The notes under the pieces are model-generated. The model searched no databases, was not told the origin of the DNA, and was given only the letters and a program-made list of their open reading frames with translations. Positions 12,534-26,714 of a DNA stretch of 64,000 bases are shown here, one piece after another. Position 1 is the first letter of the stretch; each line of letters begins with the position of its first letter. This DNA comes from Eledone cirrhosa (lineage: Eukaryota): NCBI GenBank assembly GCA_964016885.1, contig OZ024747.1, positions 4,526,001 through 4,590,000 on the forward strand. The letters run 5' to 3'. Both the position numbers and the translations under genes were made by a program.

Positions 12534-13081
12534 AAGGTGATCTTTGCCGTTGTGTTGACAAGGAATGGAATGAAGCAAGTCTGTTAATGCTAGAAAGGTT
12601 TCATAAGAAGACTGGAAGCGCTATGAGAGAAGTCTACAGGGGCGATGGTGGTGGTGGTGGTGGTGGTGGTGGCGGCAGTAGTAGTGGTATTGGTGTTGAT
12701 TGTGGTGGTGGTGGTGGTGGTGGTGGCAGTAGTAGTTGTGGTGATGGTGGTGGTGATGGCAGTAGTAGTGGTGTTGATTGTGGTGGTGGTGGTGGTGGTG
12801 GTGGCAGTACTGGTGGTGTTGATTGTGGTGGCGGCGGTGGTGGTGACAGTGCTGGTGGTGGTGGTGATTGTGGTGGTGGTGGTGGTGATAGTGGTGGTGG
12901 CAGTGGTGGTAGTGTGTGTCTGTGGGGATGAGGTTGAGACTCTAGTGATTTCTATCTACACTTGATTATTGAACAGAATCAATAATCTACTTTGAGAGAG
13001 AGAGAGAGAGAATTTAAGGAATGGAATCAATGTGGCTGAGTTATCCGCCTGGAGAGAGAGAGAGAGAGTAAGAGAAAGAGA

Positions 13082-13144
<63 letters not shown>

Positions 13145-13468
13145 ATGAGCCTGCAGAGGTTTTAGTTGATTACAGATGATGTGGCAAGGTTTGATAATCT
13201 AGAAGGACTTAATCACTGCACTAACATGTCAGAGCAATGTACTGGAATTTCTAACACTGCTAACCAAATGTCAACACGGATATGGTAGGGTGGTGGTGGT
13301 GTTGATAGTGCAGGGTAGTGGTGGTGTGGTGCTGATGGTGGTGGTGGTGGTGAAGATGTTTGTGATGTTATTGATTCCCTTTATAGATTCACACTCTCTT
13401 TTTCTCTCCCTCCCTCTGTATCTCATTCTGTCTTTTTCTCCTATATGCATCTCATTCTCTCTTTCTAC

Positions 13469-13499
<31 letters not shown>

Positions 13500-13503
<4 letters not shown>

Positions 13504-13815
13504 TTGTAATCATACTTGTCATTTTTACGTCCTATTTTCCACATTTAAATGGGTTGGATGCATCCTTTTCAGCATATCTCACCATTTGCCCCACTCTTTC
13601 ATCATCACTGCGAATCTCAGTGATTTGAGGGAAGCTCTCTCTACCTCGGTCTACCTTGATCTACCTCTACTGCAGCTTCCCTCCACTGGGATTTCTTGGA
13701 ACTTCTTCACCCAGTGATCATCATCCTTGCACATCACATGTCCATACCAGTGCAGTCTTCTCTCCTGCATTCTACATCTGATTCCTCTTCTACTCAGTTT
13801 TATCTCTCAGTTGAT
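13500..13815 (-). mobile_element. Decayed RTE 3' fragment
   Basis: Reverse complement resembles 7210-7530 (agactgcactggtatggacatgtgatg). Confidence 0.75.
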
Positions 13816-14884
13816 CAAATTCAGAAAACCAATGAGAGAACTTGCAGGTGATTTTTTCACTTACTGGAAATATCAACCCTTAAATTTCCCTTAAATCAAA
13901 CTCTACTCTCTTAAAAACAGAATGTCATATTACATAATATAGTCCCAGATACATTATACCTGTGAAAAAAAAAAGACAATAGTGAAGACTAGAATGTCTT
14001 TGGTCATAAGCCTGCTGTACCAGAGCTTGCCAGGGTCTGTAAGAACAACAAAACACACTTTGTCCAATGCTTTGATAGTTTTGTCAATCCACTACACAAA
14101 CAATTATGGTTTCTAATATAGACACAAGGCCAAACATTTTATGGAGAGGAAAAAGTTGATTATTTTGACTCAGTAAATTACTGGTACTTTATTTTCTGAA
14201 ACTTGGAAGGATGAAAGCCAAAGTTAACCTCAGCAAGATTTGAAGACAGAATATAGAGAACTGGAGCAAATGCCACAAAACATTTTGTTTGGTACCTTAA
14301 TGATTCTACTCTAATGATAATTGTTTATACTTTTTACTCAAGGCCAGCAATTTGAAGGGAAGGGGAAATTGAGCCCAGTGCATTACTGGTACTTTATTTT
14401 ATTGACTCGATAATGATGAAAGGCAAATCTAACCTCAGCAGGATTTGAACTCAGACTGAAAAGCGCTTTAACTAAATTCTGCAAGGTATATTGTCTGATA
14501 TTCAAGTGATACTTCCAATTCACCCCCCTGTCACACTAATAATAATGGTAATTATTATTATTTCTACATTGCCTTCTTTATTCTGTCCACCAGAGCTGTG
14601 TGGTTCCTAGCACATAGGCCCCCATTTGCTTATAATAGTGAGAGACTGGGAGGACAAGAGAGATGGAGGCAGTGACTGTACCAGCATTGCTGAAGAATTT
14701 TGTAGAGTTAAAGTTTAAATGATTTTATGATAGGTAGATAGCCTTCTTGTTTTCTAATAAATTAATTCGTTAATGTAGAATTTCTCTTTCATAACGTAAT
14801 TGTTCTAAATTCCTTTAACCTTTCTACCTGTGAAAGAAGGCAATTGGAAGGAAAAGGAAAGTCAATTAAATCAACCTCAGTTCT

Positions 14885-15395
14885 TCACTGGTATTTTATT
14901 TTATCAACCCTGGAAAGATAACTGGTACTTTATTTTGTCAACCCTGGAAAGATGACTGTTACTTTATTTTATCAACCCTGGAAAGATAACTGGTACTTTA
15001 TTTTGTCAACCCTGGAAAGATGACTGTTACTTTATTTTATCAACCCTGGAAAGATAACTGGTACTTTATTTTGTCAACCCTGGAAAGATAACTGGTACTT
15101 TATTTTATCAACCCTGGAAAGATGACTGTTACTTTATTTTATCAACCCTGGAAAGATGACTGTTACTTTATTTTGTCAACCCTGGAAAGATAACTGGTAC
15201 TTTATTTTATCAACCCTGGAAAGATGACTGTTACTTTATTTTGTCAACCCTGGAAAGATAACTGGTACTTTATTTTATCAACCCTGGAAAGATGACTGTT
15301 ACTTTATTTTGTCAACCCTGGAAAGATAACTGGTACTTTATTTTATCAACCCTGGAAAGATGACTGTTACTTTATTTTGTCAACCCTGGAAAGAT
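14885..15395. repeat. 34-bp minisatellite (about 15 copies) derived from the SINE family A core
   Basis: Unit aaccctggaaagataactggtactttattttgtc; the array runs out into the SINE remainder (gatgaaaagcaaagttgacc...ttaactcaga). Confidence 0.85.
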
Positions 15396-15485
15396 GAAAA
15401 GCAAAGTTGACCTTGGTAGGATTTTAACTCAGAACATAAAGAAATCCCACAAATCATTTTGTTTGATTCTCTAATCAACAACAAT

Positions 15486-15612
15486 AATAATTGTTTCTAC
15501 TTTAGGCACAAGGCCAGCAATTACTCAGTGTATTACTGGTACTTTATTTAATCAACGGCGTAAGGATGAAAGGCAAAGTTAACCTCGGCGGGATTTGAAC
15601 TCAGTCTGTAAA
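15486..15612 (-). mobile_element. SINE family A, partial
   Basis: Reverse complement of about 225-346. Confidence 0.8.
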
Positions 15613-15868
15613 GGGACGTAACTATGGTGGAAAGCAACGTGTCCAATGTTACTTTATCATTGTCTCCAGGGGTGACAGATGACGGCATATTATAGAGACA
15701 GGTTACTGTGTGGGGGAGGTTAGATAGAAATTGAATATAAGAACAGAACAAAACAGTGGCAATATCCATAGTATATACATATATAAATATATATACACAT
15801 ATATATGTATATATATACATATATAAATATATATACACACATATATATATATATATGTATATATATAC

Positions 15869-16027
<159 letters not shown>

Positions 16028-16987
16028 AATATATATAGATATATATATAAATATATATAAGTATATATATATGTAAATATAAAATATATAAATACATATA
16101 TATATATACATATATATATACATATATATATATATACATATATACATATATATATATACATATATATACATATATATATATACATATATAAATATATTTA
16201 TATATACATATATAAATATATATATATATACATATATAAATATATATATATACATATATAAATATATATATAGATATATAAATATATATACATATATAAA
16301 TATACATATAGATATATAAATATATATACATTTATAAATATATATACATATATAAATATATATATACATATATAAATATATATATATATACATATTTAAA
16401 TATATATATATATACATATATAAATATATATATATATACATATATAAATATATATATATATACATATATAAATATATATATATATGAATATATAAATATA
16501 TATATATATATAATATACACTTATATAAATAAGCCCCAAGAGGATGACAGGAAACTAGGGTCAATTAAGGGATCCTAATAATGATAGTAATGATTTCTGA
16601 CATAAATACAAGGCCACATCTTTTAAGGGAAGTATATGATTGATTATATTGATCTGATTGCCTGACTGTTACATATTTTATCTACATTGGGAAAATTTGA
16701 ATTCAGAATATAAAAACCTGTAATTAGATTCCACGAGCCATTTTATCTACATTTCCATCAACTTTGCCATTCATTGCTTTAATGATAATAGCTATTAGAA
16801 TAATATATGGGCAGAATCATTAGCATGTTAGACAAAATGCCTTGCAGTTTTGGCTATTTATATTTTGAGTTCAAATGCTTTCTGAGGTTAACTTTGGGGT
16901 TGCTCTAATAAGTACCAAGTCAAGTATTACAGTCAATTTTATCAACTATTTCACATTAGATTTGTGGTTTTGTGTCTATGTTATAAA

Positions 16988-17360
16988 GGAATCTACCTGT
17001 AGTCGTGGATACCATCTAATCCAGGAGTCTACCAGTAGCCATGGATACCATCTAATCCAGGAGTCTACCAGTAGCCATGGATACCATGTAATCCAGGAGT
17101 CTTCCAGTAGTCATGGATACCATGTAATCCAGGAGTCTTCCAGTAGTCATGGATACCATCTAATCCAGGATTCTACCAGTAGCCATGGATACCATCTAAT
17201 CCAGGAGTCTTCCAGTAGTTATGGATACCATGTAATCCAGGAGTCTTCCAGTAGTCATGGATACCATCTAATCCAGGAGTCTACCAGTAGCCATGGATAC
17301 CATCTAATCCAGGAGTCTTCCAGTAGTCATGGATACCATGTAATCCAGGAGTCTTCCAGT
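16988..17360. repeat. 36-bp minisatellite (about 10 copies)
   Basis: Unit ggataccatctaatccaggagtctaccagtagccat. Confidence 0.9.
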
Positions 17361-17488
17361 TTAGTAATCTCTCAGACTGTATATTGATGTCATCTCGACA
17401 GATAGTAATTGGTGCTTGTTTGGGTAATTCTTCAATGTGTCTTTGGATATCAGCAATAAGCTCAGCATTTGCATTGTGGTTGACGGGT

Positions 17489-20400
17489 GCATAGTGGATG
17501 TTAGTGGTAAGGGTGTTAGACTTATGGTCATAGTGGATGTTAGTGGTAAGGCTGTTAGACTTATAGTCATAGTGGATGTTAGTGGTAACGGTGTTAGACT
17601 TATGGTCATAGTGGATGTTAGTGGTAGGGTTAGACTTATGGTCATAGTGGATGTAGAGTGGTAAGGGTGTTAGACTTATGGTCATAGTGGATGTTAGTGG
17701 TAAGGGTGTTAGACTTATGGTCATAGTGGATGTTAGTGGTAAGGGTGTTAGACTTATGGTCATAGTGGATGTTAGTGGTAAGGGTGTTAGACTTATGGTC
17801 ATAGTGGATGTTAGTGGTAAGGGTGTTAGACTTATAGTCATAGTGGATGTTAGTGGTAAGGGTGTTAGACTTATGGTCATAATGGATGTTAGTGGTAAGG
17901 GTGTTAGACTTATGGTCATAGTGGATGTTAGTGGTAAGGGTGTTAGACTTATAGTCATAGTGGATGTTAGTGGTAAGGGTGTTAGACTTATGGTCATAGT
18001 GGATGTAGAGTGGTAAGGCTGTTAGACTTATGGTCATAGTGGATGTAGAGTGGTAAGGCTGTTAGACTTATGGTCATAGTGGATGTTAGTGTTAGGGTTA
18101 GACTTATGGTCATAGTGGATGTTAGTGGGAAGGGTGTTAGACTTATGGTCATAGTGGATGTAGAGTGGTAAGGCTGTTAGACTTATGGTCATAGTGGATG
18201 TTAGTGGTAAGGCTGTTAGACTTATGGTCATAGTGGATGTTAGTGGTAAGGGTGTTAGACTTATGGTCATAGTGGATGTTAGTGTTAGGGTTAGACTTAT
18301 GGTCATAGTGGATGTTAGTGGTAAGGGTGTTAGACTTATGGTCATAGTGGATGTTAGTGGTAGGGTTAGACTTATGGTCATAGTGGATGTTAGTGTTAGG
18401 GTTAGACTTATGGTCATAGTGGATGTTAGTGGTAAGGGTGTTAGACTTATGGTCATAGTGGATGTTAGTGGTAAGGGTGTTAGACTTATGGTCATAGTGG
18501 ATGTTAGTGGTAAGGGTGTTAGACTTATGGTCATAGTGGATGTTAGTGTTAGGGTTAGACTTATGGTCATAGTGGATGTTAGTAGTAAGGGTGTTAGACT
18601 TATGGTCATAGTGGATGTTAGTGTTAGGGTTAGACTTATGGTCATAGTGGATGTTAGTGGTAAGGGTGTTAGACTTATGGTCATAGTGGATGTTAGTGGT
18701 AAGGGTGTTAGACTTATGGTCATAGTGGATGTTAGTGGTAAGGGTGTTAGACTTATGGTCATAGTGGATGTTAGTGGTAAGGGTGTTAGACTTATGGTCA
18801 TAGTGGATGTTAGTGGTAAGGGTGTTAGACTTATGGTCATAGTGGATGTTAGTGGTAACGGTGTTAGACTTATGGTCATAGTGGATGTTAGTGGTAACGG
18901 TGTTAGACTTATGGTCATAGTGGATGTTAGTGGTAAGGGTGTTAGACTTATAGTCATAGTGGATGTTAGTGGTAACGGTGTTAGACTTATGGTCATAGTG
19001 GATGTTAGTGGTAAGGGTGTTAGACTTATAGTCATAGTGGATGTTAGTGGTAAGGGTGTTAGACTTATGGTCATAGTGGATGTTAGTGGTATGGGTGTTA
19101 GACTTATGGTCATAGTGGATGTTAGTGGTAAGGGTGTTAGACTTATGGTCATAGTGGATGTTAGTGGTAGGGTTAGACTTATGGTCATAGTGGATGTTAG
19201 TGGTAAGGGTGTTAGACTTATGGTCATAGTGGATGTTAGTGGTAACGGTGTTAGACTTATGGTCATAGTGGATGTTAGTGTTAGGGTTAGACTTATGGTC
19301 ATAGTGGATGTTAGTGGTAATGGTGTTAGACTTATGGTCATAGTGGATGTTAGTGGTAAGGGTGTTAGACTTATGGTCATAGTGGATGTTAGTGTTAGGG
19401 TTAGACTTATGGTCATAGTGGATGTTAGTGGTAACGGTGTTAGACTTATGGTCATAGTGGATGTTAGTGTTAGGGTTAGACTTATGGTCATAGTGGATGT
19501 TAGTGGTAAGGGTGTTAGACTTATGGTCATAGTGGATGTTAGTGTTAGGGTGTTAGACTTATGGTCATAGTGGATGTTAGTGGTAAGGGTGTTAGACTTA
19601 TGGTCATAGTGGATGTTAGTGGTAGGGGTGTTAGACTTATGGTCATAGTGGATGTTAGTGGTAAGGGTGTTAGACTTATGGTCATAGTGGATGTTAGTGG
19701 TAAGGGTGTTAGACTTATGGTCATAGTGGATGTTAGTGGTAAGGGTGTTAGACTTATGGTCATAGTGGATGTTAGTGGTAGGGTTAGACTTATGGTCATA
19801 GTGGATGTTAGTGGTAAGGGTGTTAGACTTATGGTCATAGTGGATGTTAGTGGTAAGGGTGTTAGACTTATGGTCATAGTGGATGTTAGTGGTAGGGTTA
19901 GACTTATGGTCATAGTGGATGTTAGTGGTAAGGGTGTTAGACTTATGGTCATAGTGGATGTTAGTGGTAAGGGTGTTAGACTTATGGTCATAGTGGATGT
20001 TAGTGGTAAGGGTGTTAGACTTATGGTCATAGTGGATGTTAGTGGTAGGGTTAGACTTATGGTCATAGTGGATGTTAGTGGTAAGGGTGTTAGACTTATG
20101 GTCATAGTGGATGTTAGTGGTAAGGGTGTTAGACTTATGGTCATAGTGGATGTTAGTGGTAAGGGTGTTAGACTTATGGTCATAGTGGATGTTAGTGTTA
20201 GGGTTAGACTTATGGTCATAGTGGATGTTAGTGGTAAGGGTGTTAGACTTATGGTCATAGTGGATGTTAGTGGTAGGGTTAGACTTATGGTCATAGTGGA
20301 TGTTAGTGGTAAGGTTGTTAGACTTATGGTCATAGTGGATGTTAGTGGTAAGGGTGTTAGACTTATGGTCATAGTGGATGTTAGTGGTAAGGGTGTTAGA

Positions 20401-20793
20401 CTTATGGTCATAGTGGATGTTAGTGGTAAGGGTGTTAGACTTATGGTCATAGTGGATGTTAGTGGTAAGGGTGTTAGACTTATGGTCATAGTGGATGTTA
20501 GTGGTAAGGGTGTTAGACTTATGGTCATAGTGGATGTTAGTGGTAGGGTTAGACTTATGGTCATAGTGGATGTTAGTGGTAGGGTTAGACTTATGGTCAT
20601 AGTGGATGTTAGTGGTAAGGGTGTTAGACTTATGATCATAGTGGATGTTAGTGGTAGGGTTAGACTTATGGTCATAGTGGATGTTAGTGGTAAGGGTGTT
20701 AGACTTATAGTCATAGTGGATGTTAGTGGTAAGGGTGTTAAACTTATGGTCATAGTGGATGTTAGTGGTAAGGGTGTTAAACTTATGGTCATA
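17489..20793 (+). repeat. 39-bp satellite (with 36- and 40-bp variants), about 85 copies
   Basis: Unit catagtggatgttagtggtaagggtgttagacttatggt; continues into a SINE body at 20794. Confidence 0.95.
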
Positions 20794-21030
20794 ATCTCAT
20801 GGGCTCGAAACCTCGGCTGGGTTGTCTGTTGTGTTCTTGAGCAAAACATTTAATTTCCCATTGCTCCAGTACACTCAGCTGGAAATGACTTCCAGCAATA
20901 GCTGGAGGTTTAACACTGCAATGGACTGGCATCCTGTCCAGGGATGAGTATTGTACTCTCAGTTGCTTCACACCATGGAGAGATAAGCACTGGCTTGATA
21001 AGCTTCTAGGCTCAAAACAGACTTTAGACT
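20750..21030 (+). mobile_element. tRNA-derived SINE (family B-like body) whose head forms the satellite
   Basis: B-box-like gggctcgaaacc followed by tgttgtgttcttgagcaaaacattt...attgctccagtacactcagctg, as in the copies at 769-1145 and 30962-31300. Confidence 0.7.
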
Positions 21031-21966
21031 TTTACAGGTGTACAGGTGTTCTCCACAAGTTCTTCCAGAAAGTTAAATCTTCATGTGAATCCCATCAGTT
21101 ATCTCAGAGCATGTGTTGTATTATTTTATTAGGAGTTAATTATATAGGGTTAGTTTTGTATTCTATCATTAGCTGGTGTGAGTTGTTTTAATTAATGTGG
21201 GGTTATTATATAAGGTATGTTTTGTGTGCAGAGAATGTAGTGTTTGAGTTATGCTAGTGAATAAAATGTAGCTTGCGTAGGATGTGATCTGTGCCAGCAG
21301 AGCAGTTTATTATTATTATTATTACTATTATTATTATTATTATTACTATTATTATTATTATTATTATTATTATCTATCATCTCATTATTTGATTATAAGT
21401 ATCAAAGTATTTCACTTTCATGACACTCCTATGACCTGTTCAATGAGTTTAGATATATCTGTCCAAGTGATCTTCTTCTTGTTTTTCCTCCTCCCCCTGT
21501 GACGCTGCTCCTCCTCCTTCGTTCCTTCGTTTTCTTCTTCAAACGAACCACTTCTTCTTCTTCTTCTTCTTCTTCTCCCCCCCCCCCCCCCCACCACCCT
21601 TCTCCCCCATATTTGTGTTTGAGGTTTATCTATTTATTCATCTGTTGTTCAAATATATTTGTAGCGCTGCCAAAAGATAGACTAGCAAAATAAAAATAAA
21701 AGTAATAATTTGTCAAGAGAATATCTAAAGAGATAATTAGATGATGTATGGAAGCTAAGATATAAGAAATGGTCGTTTGAAACATCAACAGATGTGGCAG
21801 AGATCAGTGAACAACTTTACAGGAGCATCACAAAAGACTGTTCAGAATCATAGGAGAATAACAAAAGAATAAAGGTAGTTGTAGTAGTTGTAGTAGTTGC
21901 AGTAGTGGTAGTTGCAGTAGTGGTAGTAGTGGTAGTAGTAGTAATAGTAGTAACAGCAATAATAAT

Positions 21967-22151
21967 AATTGTTTCTACTTTTGGCACAAGGCCAGCAATT
22001 ATCCCAGTGTATTACTGGTACTTTATTTTATCGACCCCCATAAGGGTGAAAGGCAAAGTTAACCTCGGTGGGATTTGAACTCAGAATGGAAAGGACCATA
22101 ACTCTATGCGTCAAAGCATGGCATCTGACCCTCTACTGATCCTGCCAATCC
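21967..22151 (-). mobile_element. SINE family A, full length
   Basis: Reverse complement of 162-346. Confidence 0.88.
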
Positions 22152-22729
22152 ATAATAATAATAATCAATGTCTATTGACATGACCCCTAAAACATATACT
22201 CCTCTCCTCAATCATAATCCAATAATATAACACAACTTACAAAACATACTCTATGTAAAAGGCCAAATTAAGATTTAGGGTAGGGTGGGGGGGGAGGCTA
22301 AGCACTTGAAAGATTCTAGGGCCTTACTGCTCCCAACCCTGTTATAAAGACCCAGATTAAACACCTACCTCTTACTCAGGGACAAAGGATAAGGCCGTCA
22401 GACTTGAGAAACTAAATACTGATGCTGATATGATTGACTAAATCAATGTGGTGCTCCAGCATGGCCACAGTTTGATGACTGAAACCAGTAAAAGAATAAA
22501 AGAATAGTTGGCAATAGTGAAAGAGCAACAGAATGCAACAATGGACATGATAAAGTTGCTAACATCCGTTTATCCTTTGATTTTGATTTTCTTCTATCTT
22601 TATGTATGATTTCTCTTTTATTTTCATTTCACCATTTAATAAGGTGTTATGTTTAAAGAAAATATTACTGTAGTATCTAAAATCTAAATATAGCTATATA
22701 TTTACATATAAACCTCCTCTGTCTCTCTG

Positions 22730-22985
22730 TGTACGGGACCCTCCCAAAAGTCAGCTCGAAAGTGATACAGAGGAGACTGAGGTTAGCTGGACATGCTCAC
22801 CAACATCCAGAGTTGACACTCCACTCAGTGCTCCTGTGGGAGCCCCTGCATGGACACACTGGAAGAGGAAGACCAACGGTTAACATATGTTGATGCCCTA
22901 AGGACAGACACTGGTCTCTTAGAGATGCAGGACATGGCAGCAATAATGAGGGACAGAGACCGCTGGAGAGAACTCGTCCATGGAT
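22730..22985 (+). pseudogene. 3' coding fragment of another RTE-like LINE family
   Basis: Manual translation YGTLPKVSSKVIQRRLRLAGH...LLWEPLHGHTGRGRP / TYVDALRTDTG...DRDRWRELV, with one frameshift. Confidence 0.75.
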
Positions 22986-24434
22986 CTTGGGAATATTACC
23001 CGCCCTAGATATACATATCGCTCTTTCTCTCTCTGGGATAAGAAAGTGTGTGTGTGTGTGCGAGAAAGAGTGAAGCAGTAGTGGTGGTAGTGGAAGCAAT
23101 GTTGGACATTTAAAAAAAAATCCCATGCTGTAACAAGTCTTTATGAAAAGATGGTATATGTGTGTGTATATGTGTGTGTGTATATATGTGTGTGTGTATA
23201 TATATGTGTGTGTGTGTGTAAGAGAGAGAGTGAAAGATAGAGCCTTATATATATATTTTTTTTTTTTTAAATTATATATATTATTGTATATGCTAGTGTG
23301 GAAGATGGATGTTAAATGATGATGATGATGATGATGATATAAAACTTATAGATAAGTTATTTAAAATGTTATATTGATATTTAATACTTGGTGGTTGTTT
23401 CTAAATAAGCGATGACATTTCCTCTGTGTTAGTTTAGATTAAAATAAATATGTATAATAGAAATATGAGCTACAAATTCATTTGATATAAATAAAACTTA
23501 GAAATATATATATATATATATATACAGTTGGGTAATTATTTAAAGAGTGTGTAAAACTATGAAATAAAAATCATTCCATTTATTATCTCCTGGGATGTGT
23601 TGTCAACAAGACAGATTTCACAATGTCAGGTCTCAATGGTAATATAATAAGTTATATCTAATCATCAGTCATCAAAGACACTGCAAACGAAATTATGTCT
23701 AATACTATGGAAATAAAATAGTTCTGTGTTTTGGAAGATTAAGAGGGAAATTATAATATTATTTACCTTTCATTAAATGTTGGCTTTTGAAATTTGGTTC
23801 AGTAATTTGTTAAAGATGAGGATTCCAAGTTGGATGGTGAGTTCTCCTTTAGGTATTGCAATATTGCTTTCATTACACCCTCCAACATAGGCCCTTTCCC
23901 CCATTTCTTCATCATCTACAATTCCTTTACAATTAATGAAAATATTGGTCACTCTTCGACAGGTTTGTGGTCGAGCCCATAGCAGTGGAGAAAAGGACAT
24001 CTTCATTTATCATTAGCAACACTGTAGCCAGATATTGGAAAACTTGTGAGTTTGAAACATTTACAAGTTCACAAGTTTTACACAGAATAAAGTGCCAAAC
24101 ATAAATGGCAAATTGGTTGAGTTTAAAGGGACTTGTGGTATCTGTAATGGCTCATAGACTGATTTCAAATTATTCTGTGTCCAACTTGGGTAGCAGACTT
24201 AACCCACTGACTAGTTTAACATCTCCACTATACTTGACTGGTACTTTTTTTATCGATCTTAAATGGACGGAAGGCAAAGTGGACCTCAGCAGGATTTGAA
24301 CTCAGAGAGCTGAAATGAATACCACAAAGCATTCTATCTGACATTCTAATGACTCTTCCAAATCACTGCCTCTGTTTTCAGATATAATGTAATTAAAACC
24401 ATATCATCCTATAAGTCATTTTTTCGTTTGTTTT

Positions 24435-25003
24435 AAGGATACAATGAAGATTTGGCTGCTATTTCTAGCTGGTTAAATGACCATTCTTTGTAATGTTATT
24501 GAGTACATTATGGTATGGTGTAGTTCTGTGTTGTATTTGTGAGTGTTTAAGGAATACAATGAAGATTTGGCTGCTATTTCTAGCTGGCTAAATGACCATT
24601 CTTTGTAATGTTACAGAGTACATTATGGTATGGTGTAGTTCTGTGTTGTATTTGTGAGTGTTTAAGGAATACAATGAAGATTTGGCTGCTATTTCTAGCT
24701 GGCTAAATGACCATTCTTTGTAATGTTACAGAGTACATTATGGTATGGTGTAGTTCTGTGTTGTATTTGTGAGTGTTTAAGGAATACAATGAAGATTTGG
24801 CTGCTATTTCTAGCTGGCTAAATGACCATTCTTTGTAATGTTACAGAGTACATTATGGTATGGTGTAGTTCTGTGTTGTATTTGTGAGTGTTTAAGGAAT
24901 ACAATGAAGATTTGGCTGCTATTTCTAGCTGGCTAAATGACCATTCTTTGTAATGTTACAGAGTACATTATGGTATGGTGTAGTTCTGTGTTGTATCTGT
25001 GAA
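24435..25003. repeat. 115-bp tandem repeat, about 5 copies
   Basis: Units start at about 24549, 24664, 24779 and 24894; contains gatttggctgctatttctagc, also seen in dispersed repeats near 46790 and 56148. Confidence 0.9.
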
Positions 25004-25234
25004 TGGTTCCAATGTTTTCTTGATCCTATATTTAAGATAGATAGAAAGATAAATTATACATGAGACTGACTACAAGAATTATGTATTGAAGCTTATATAT
25101 GCATATGTGTGCCTGTTTGTGTGTATATATATATATGTGTGTGTTTGTGTGCATATATATATGTGTGTGTATATATATATGTATGTGTGTATATATATAT
25201 GTGTGTGTGTGTTTATATGTGTATGTGTGTGAGA

Positions 25235-25277
<43 letters not shown>

Positions 25278-26440
25278 TGTGTGTGTGTATATTTATATAC
25301 ATATATATGTATGTGTGTATGTATGTGTGTGTGTGTGCATAAAAGCTGAAAAAAAGTCATAAGATAATCATAAAGATGACGTTCTTAGCCTAAGCTAAGA
25401 ATCTTCTAGATTCTTCCTTTCCAAAGCAAAACTAAGAACTAACCATTGAATACAGTTACAGACTTAAAATAGCATAAAGTTTGGAGTAAAATGTAATTGA
25501 AATATAAGATTTGAAAAAATATATAGAAAAAAATAATTAAAACAAAAAAAATTCAATTTAAATTAAAAAACAAGAATGTTTATGCTTCAAAGTTAAATAC
25601 AGTTCTTGATAAAAGCTAGTATATTTAAATATTAATTGCTTCAGTGTAGTATAACATTAACCCTTAACATACTGTACTGATTTAGTAGAGAATATTAAAA
25701 AACTGTACCAGTCTACTACTGGGGTCTGTTTCCCTCTATATCTCTTTTACACTTACTTTCTATCACTCTATCTCTGGTAGAAATCTGTTGTATTCAGACC
25801 TGAAGAGGAGATGGGCTCTGCCAGGTTTATAAAATACCCTAGAAATGCTGTATCTCAATATGCTGCCCCTATAATTCCCTTGAGTTGCTGGACCATACAT
25901 ACATTTAAAAACAGGTTTGTTAACTCAAATGTTTATAGTATCTTTATTGTAGATGGATTATTGTGCAAGATTTTTAATGTTTTGTGCAAAGCAGTCATAG
26001 TGCTGTTTTGTATTTTTCAAGACTGTCTTGCTAATGTGGTTTCAGGTGGTACAGGATGTTACTAGTTAAAATGAAGTCCATTGAGATATAGTGTTGTTGT
26101 TATTTAGCCTCCTTCCCCTGACCTGCCATAATTGTGCAGATCTTGGGTCAAAGTAGTTCTAGCTATGTGACCAATTCTTTATAGAGATATGTAGGAGTAT
26201 ATCATAAATTATAGTCTTAATACTTAGCCTGTCTTAACACTATCATTTTGTGCTTGGTCCCTTTTAGCAGAGTCCATTCTGTTACAAGGACTTGGACCAG
26301 GTCATTCTTCAGATAAATTCCTTTTTACTTCCACCAATTTACCTGACGAAGCTATCTAAAAAATGCAAGAAACAAACAAATTCTTTATGATGCTGAAGGG
26401 GTTAGGAGACCTTTATGGTGATGCTGATACATGTATATAT

Positions 26441-26714
26441 CATCATCATCATTTTACGTCCGCTTTTTCCCTGCTTGCAAGGGTGGGACAGGAACTGATT
26501 CTGGCTTGATTTCTACAGCTGGATGCCCTTCCTAACACCAACCTCATTTACAGTGAGTGCTGGGTGCTTTTTTGCCGTGGCACCTCCACGACCACTCTAC
26601 AGTGAGTGCTGGGTGCTTTTTTGCCGTGTCACCTCCACGACCACTTTACAGTGGAATGATATGGACCCCAGTCCCTATCATCTCATTTCTACAGCTGAGT
26701 AAACTGGAGCAATG
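26441..26714 (-). mobile_element. SINE family B, headless copy
   Basis: Matches 30962-31190. Confidence 0.8.

Noticed and set aside
18090-20190. Interstitial telomere (TTAGGG)
   Set aside because: Only single gttagggttag words inside a satellite variant, not tandem TTAGGG arrays.
17281-20853. Long 430-498-aa ORFs on both strands
   Set aside because: They are translations of a 39/36-bp satellite whose unit lengths are multiples of three; no unique coding sequence is present.
23767-24023. Possible minus-strand host exon (cag...gtaaat boundaries)
   Set aside because: The frames checked contain stops, with no recognisable protein motif.
25795-25856. CTGAAGA...GAAATGCTGTA (similar weak cases at about 26343 and 42734)
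   Set aside because: Stems I and II cannot be formed convincingly; compatible with chance or heavy decay.
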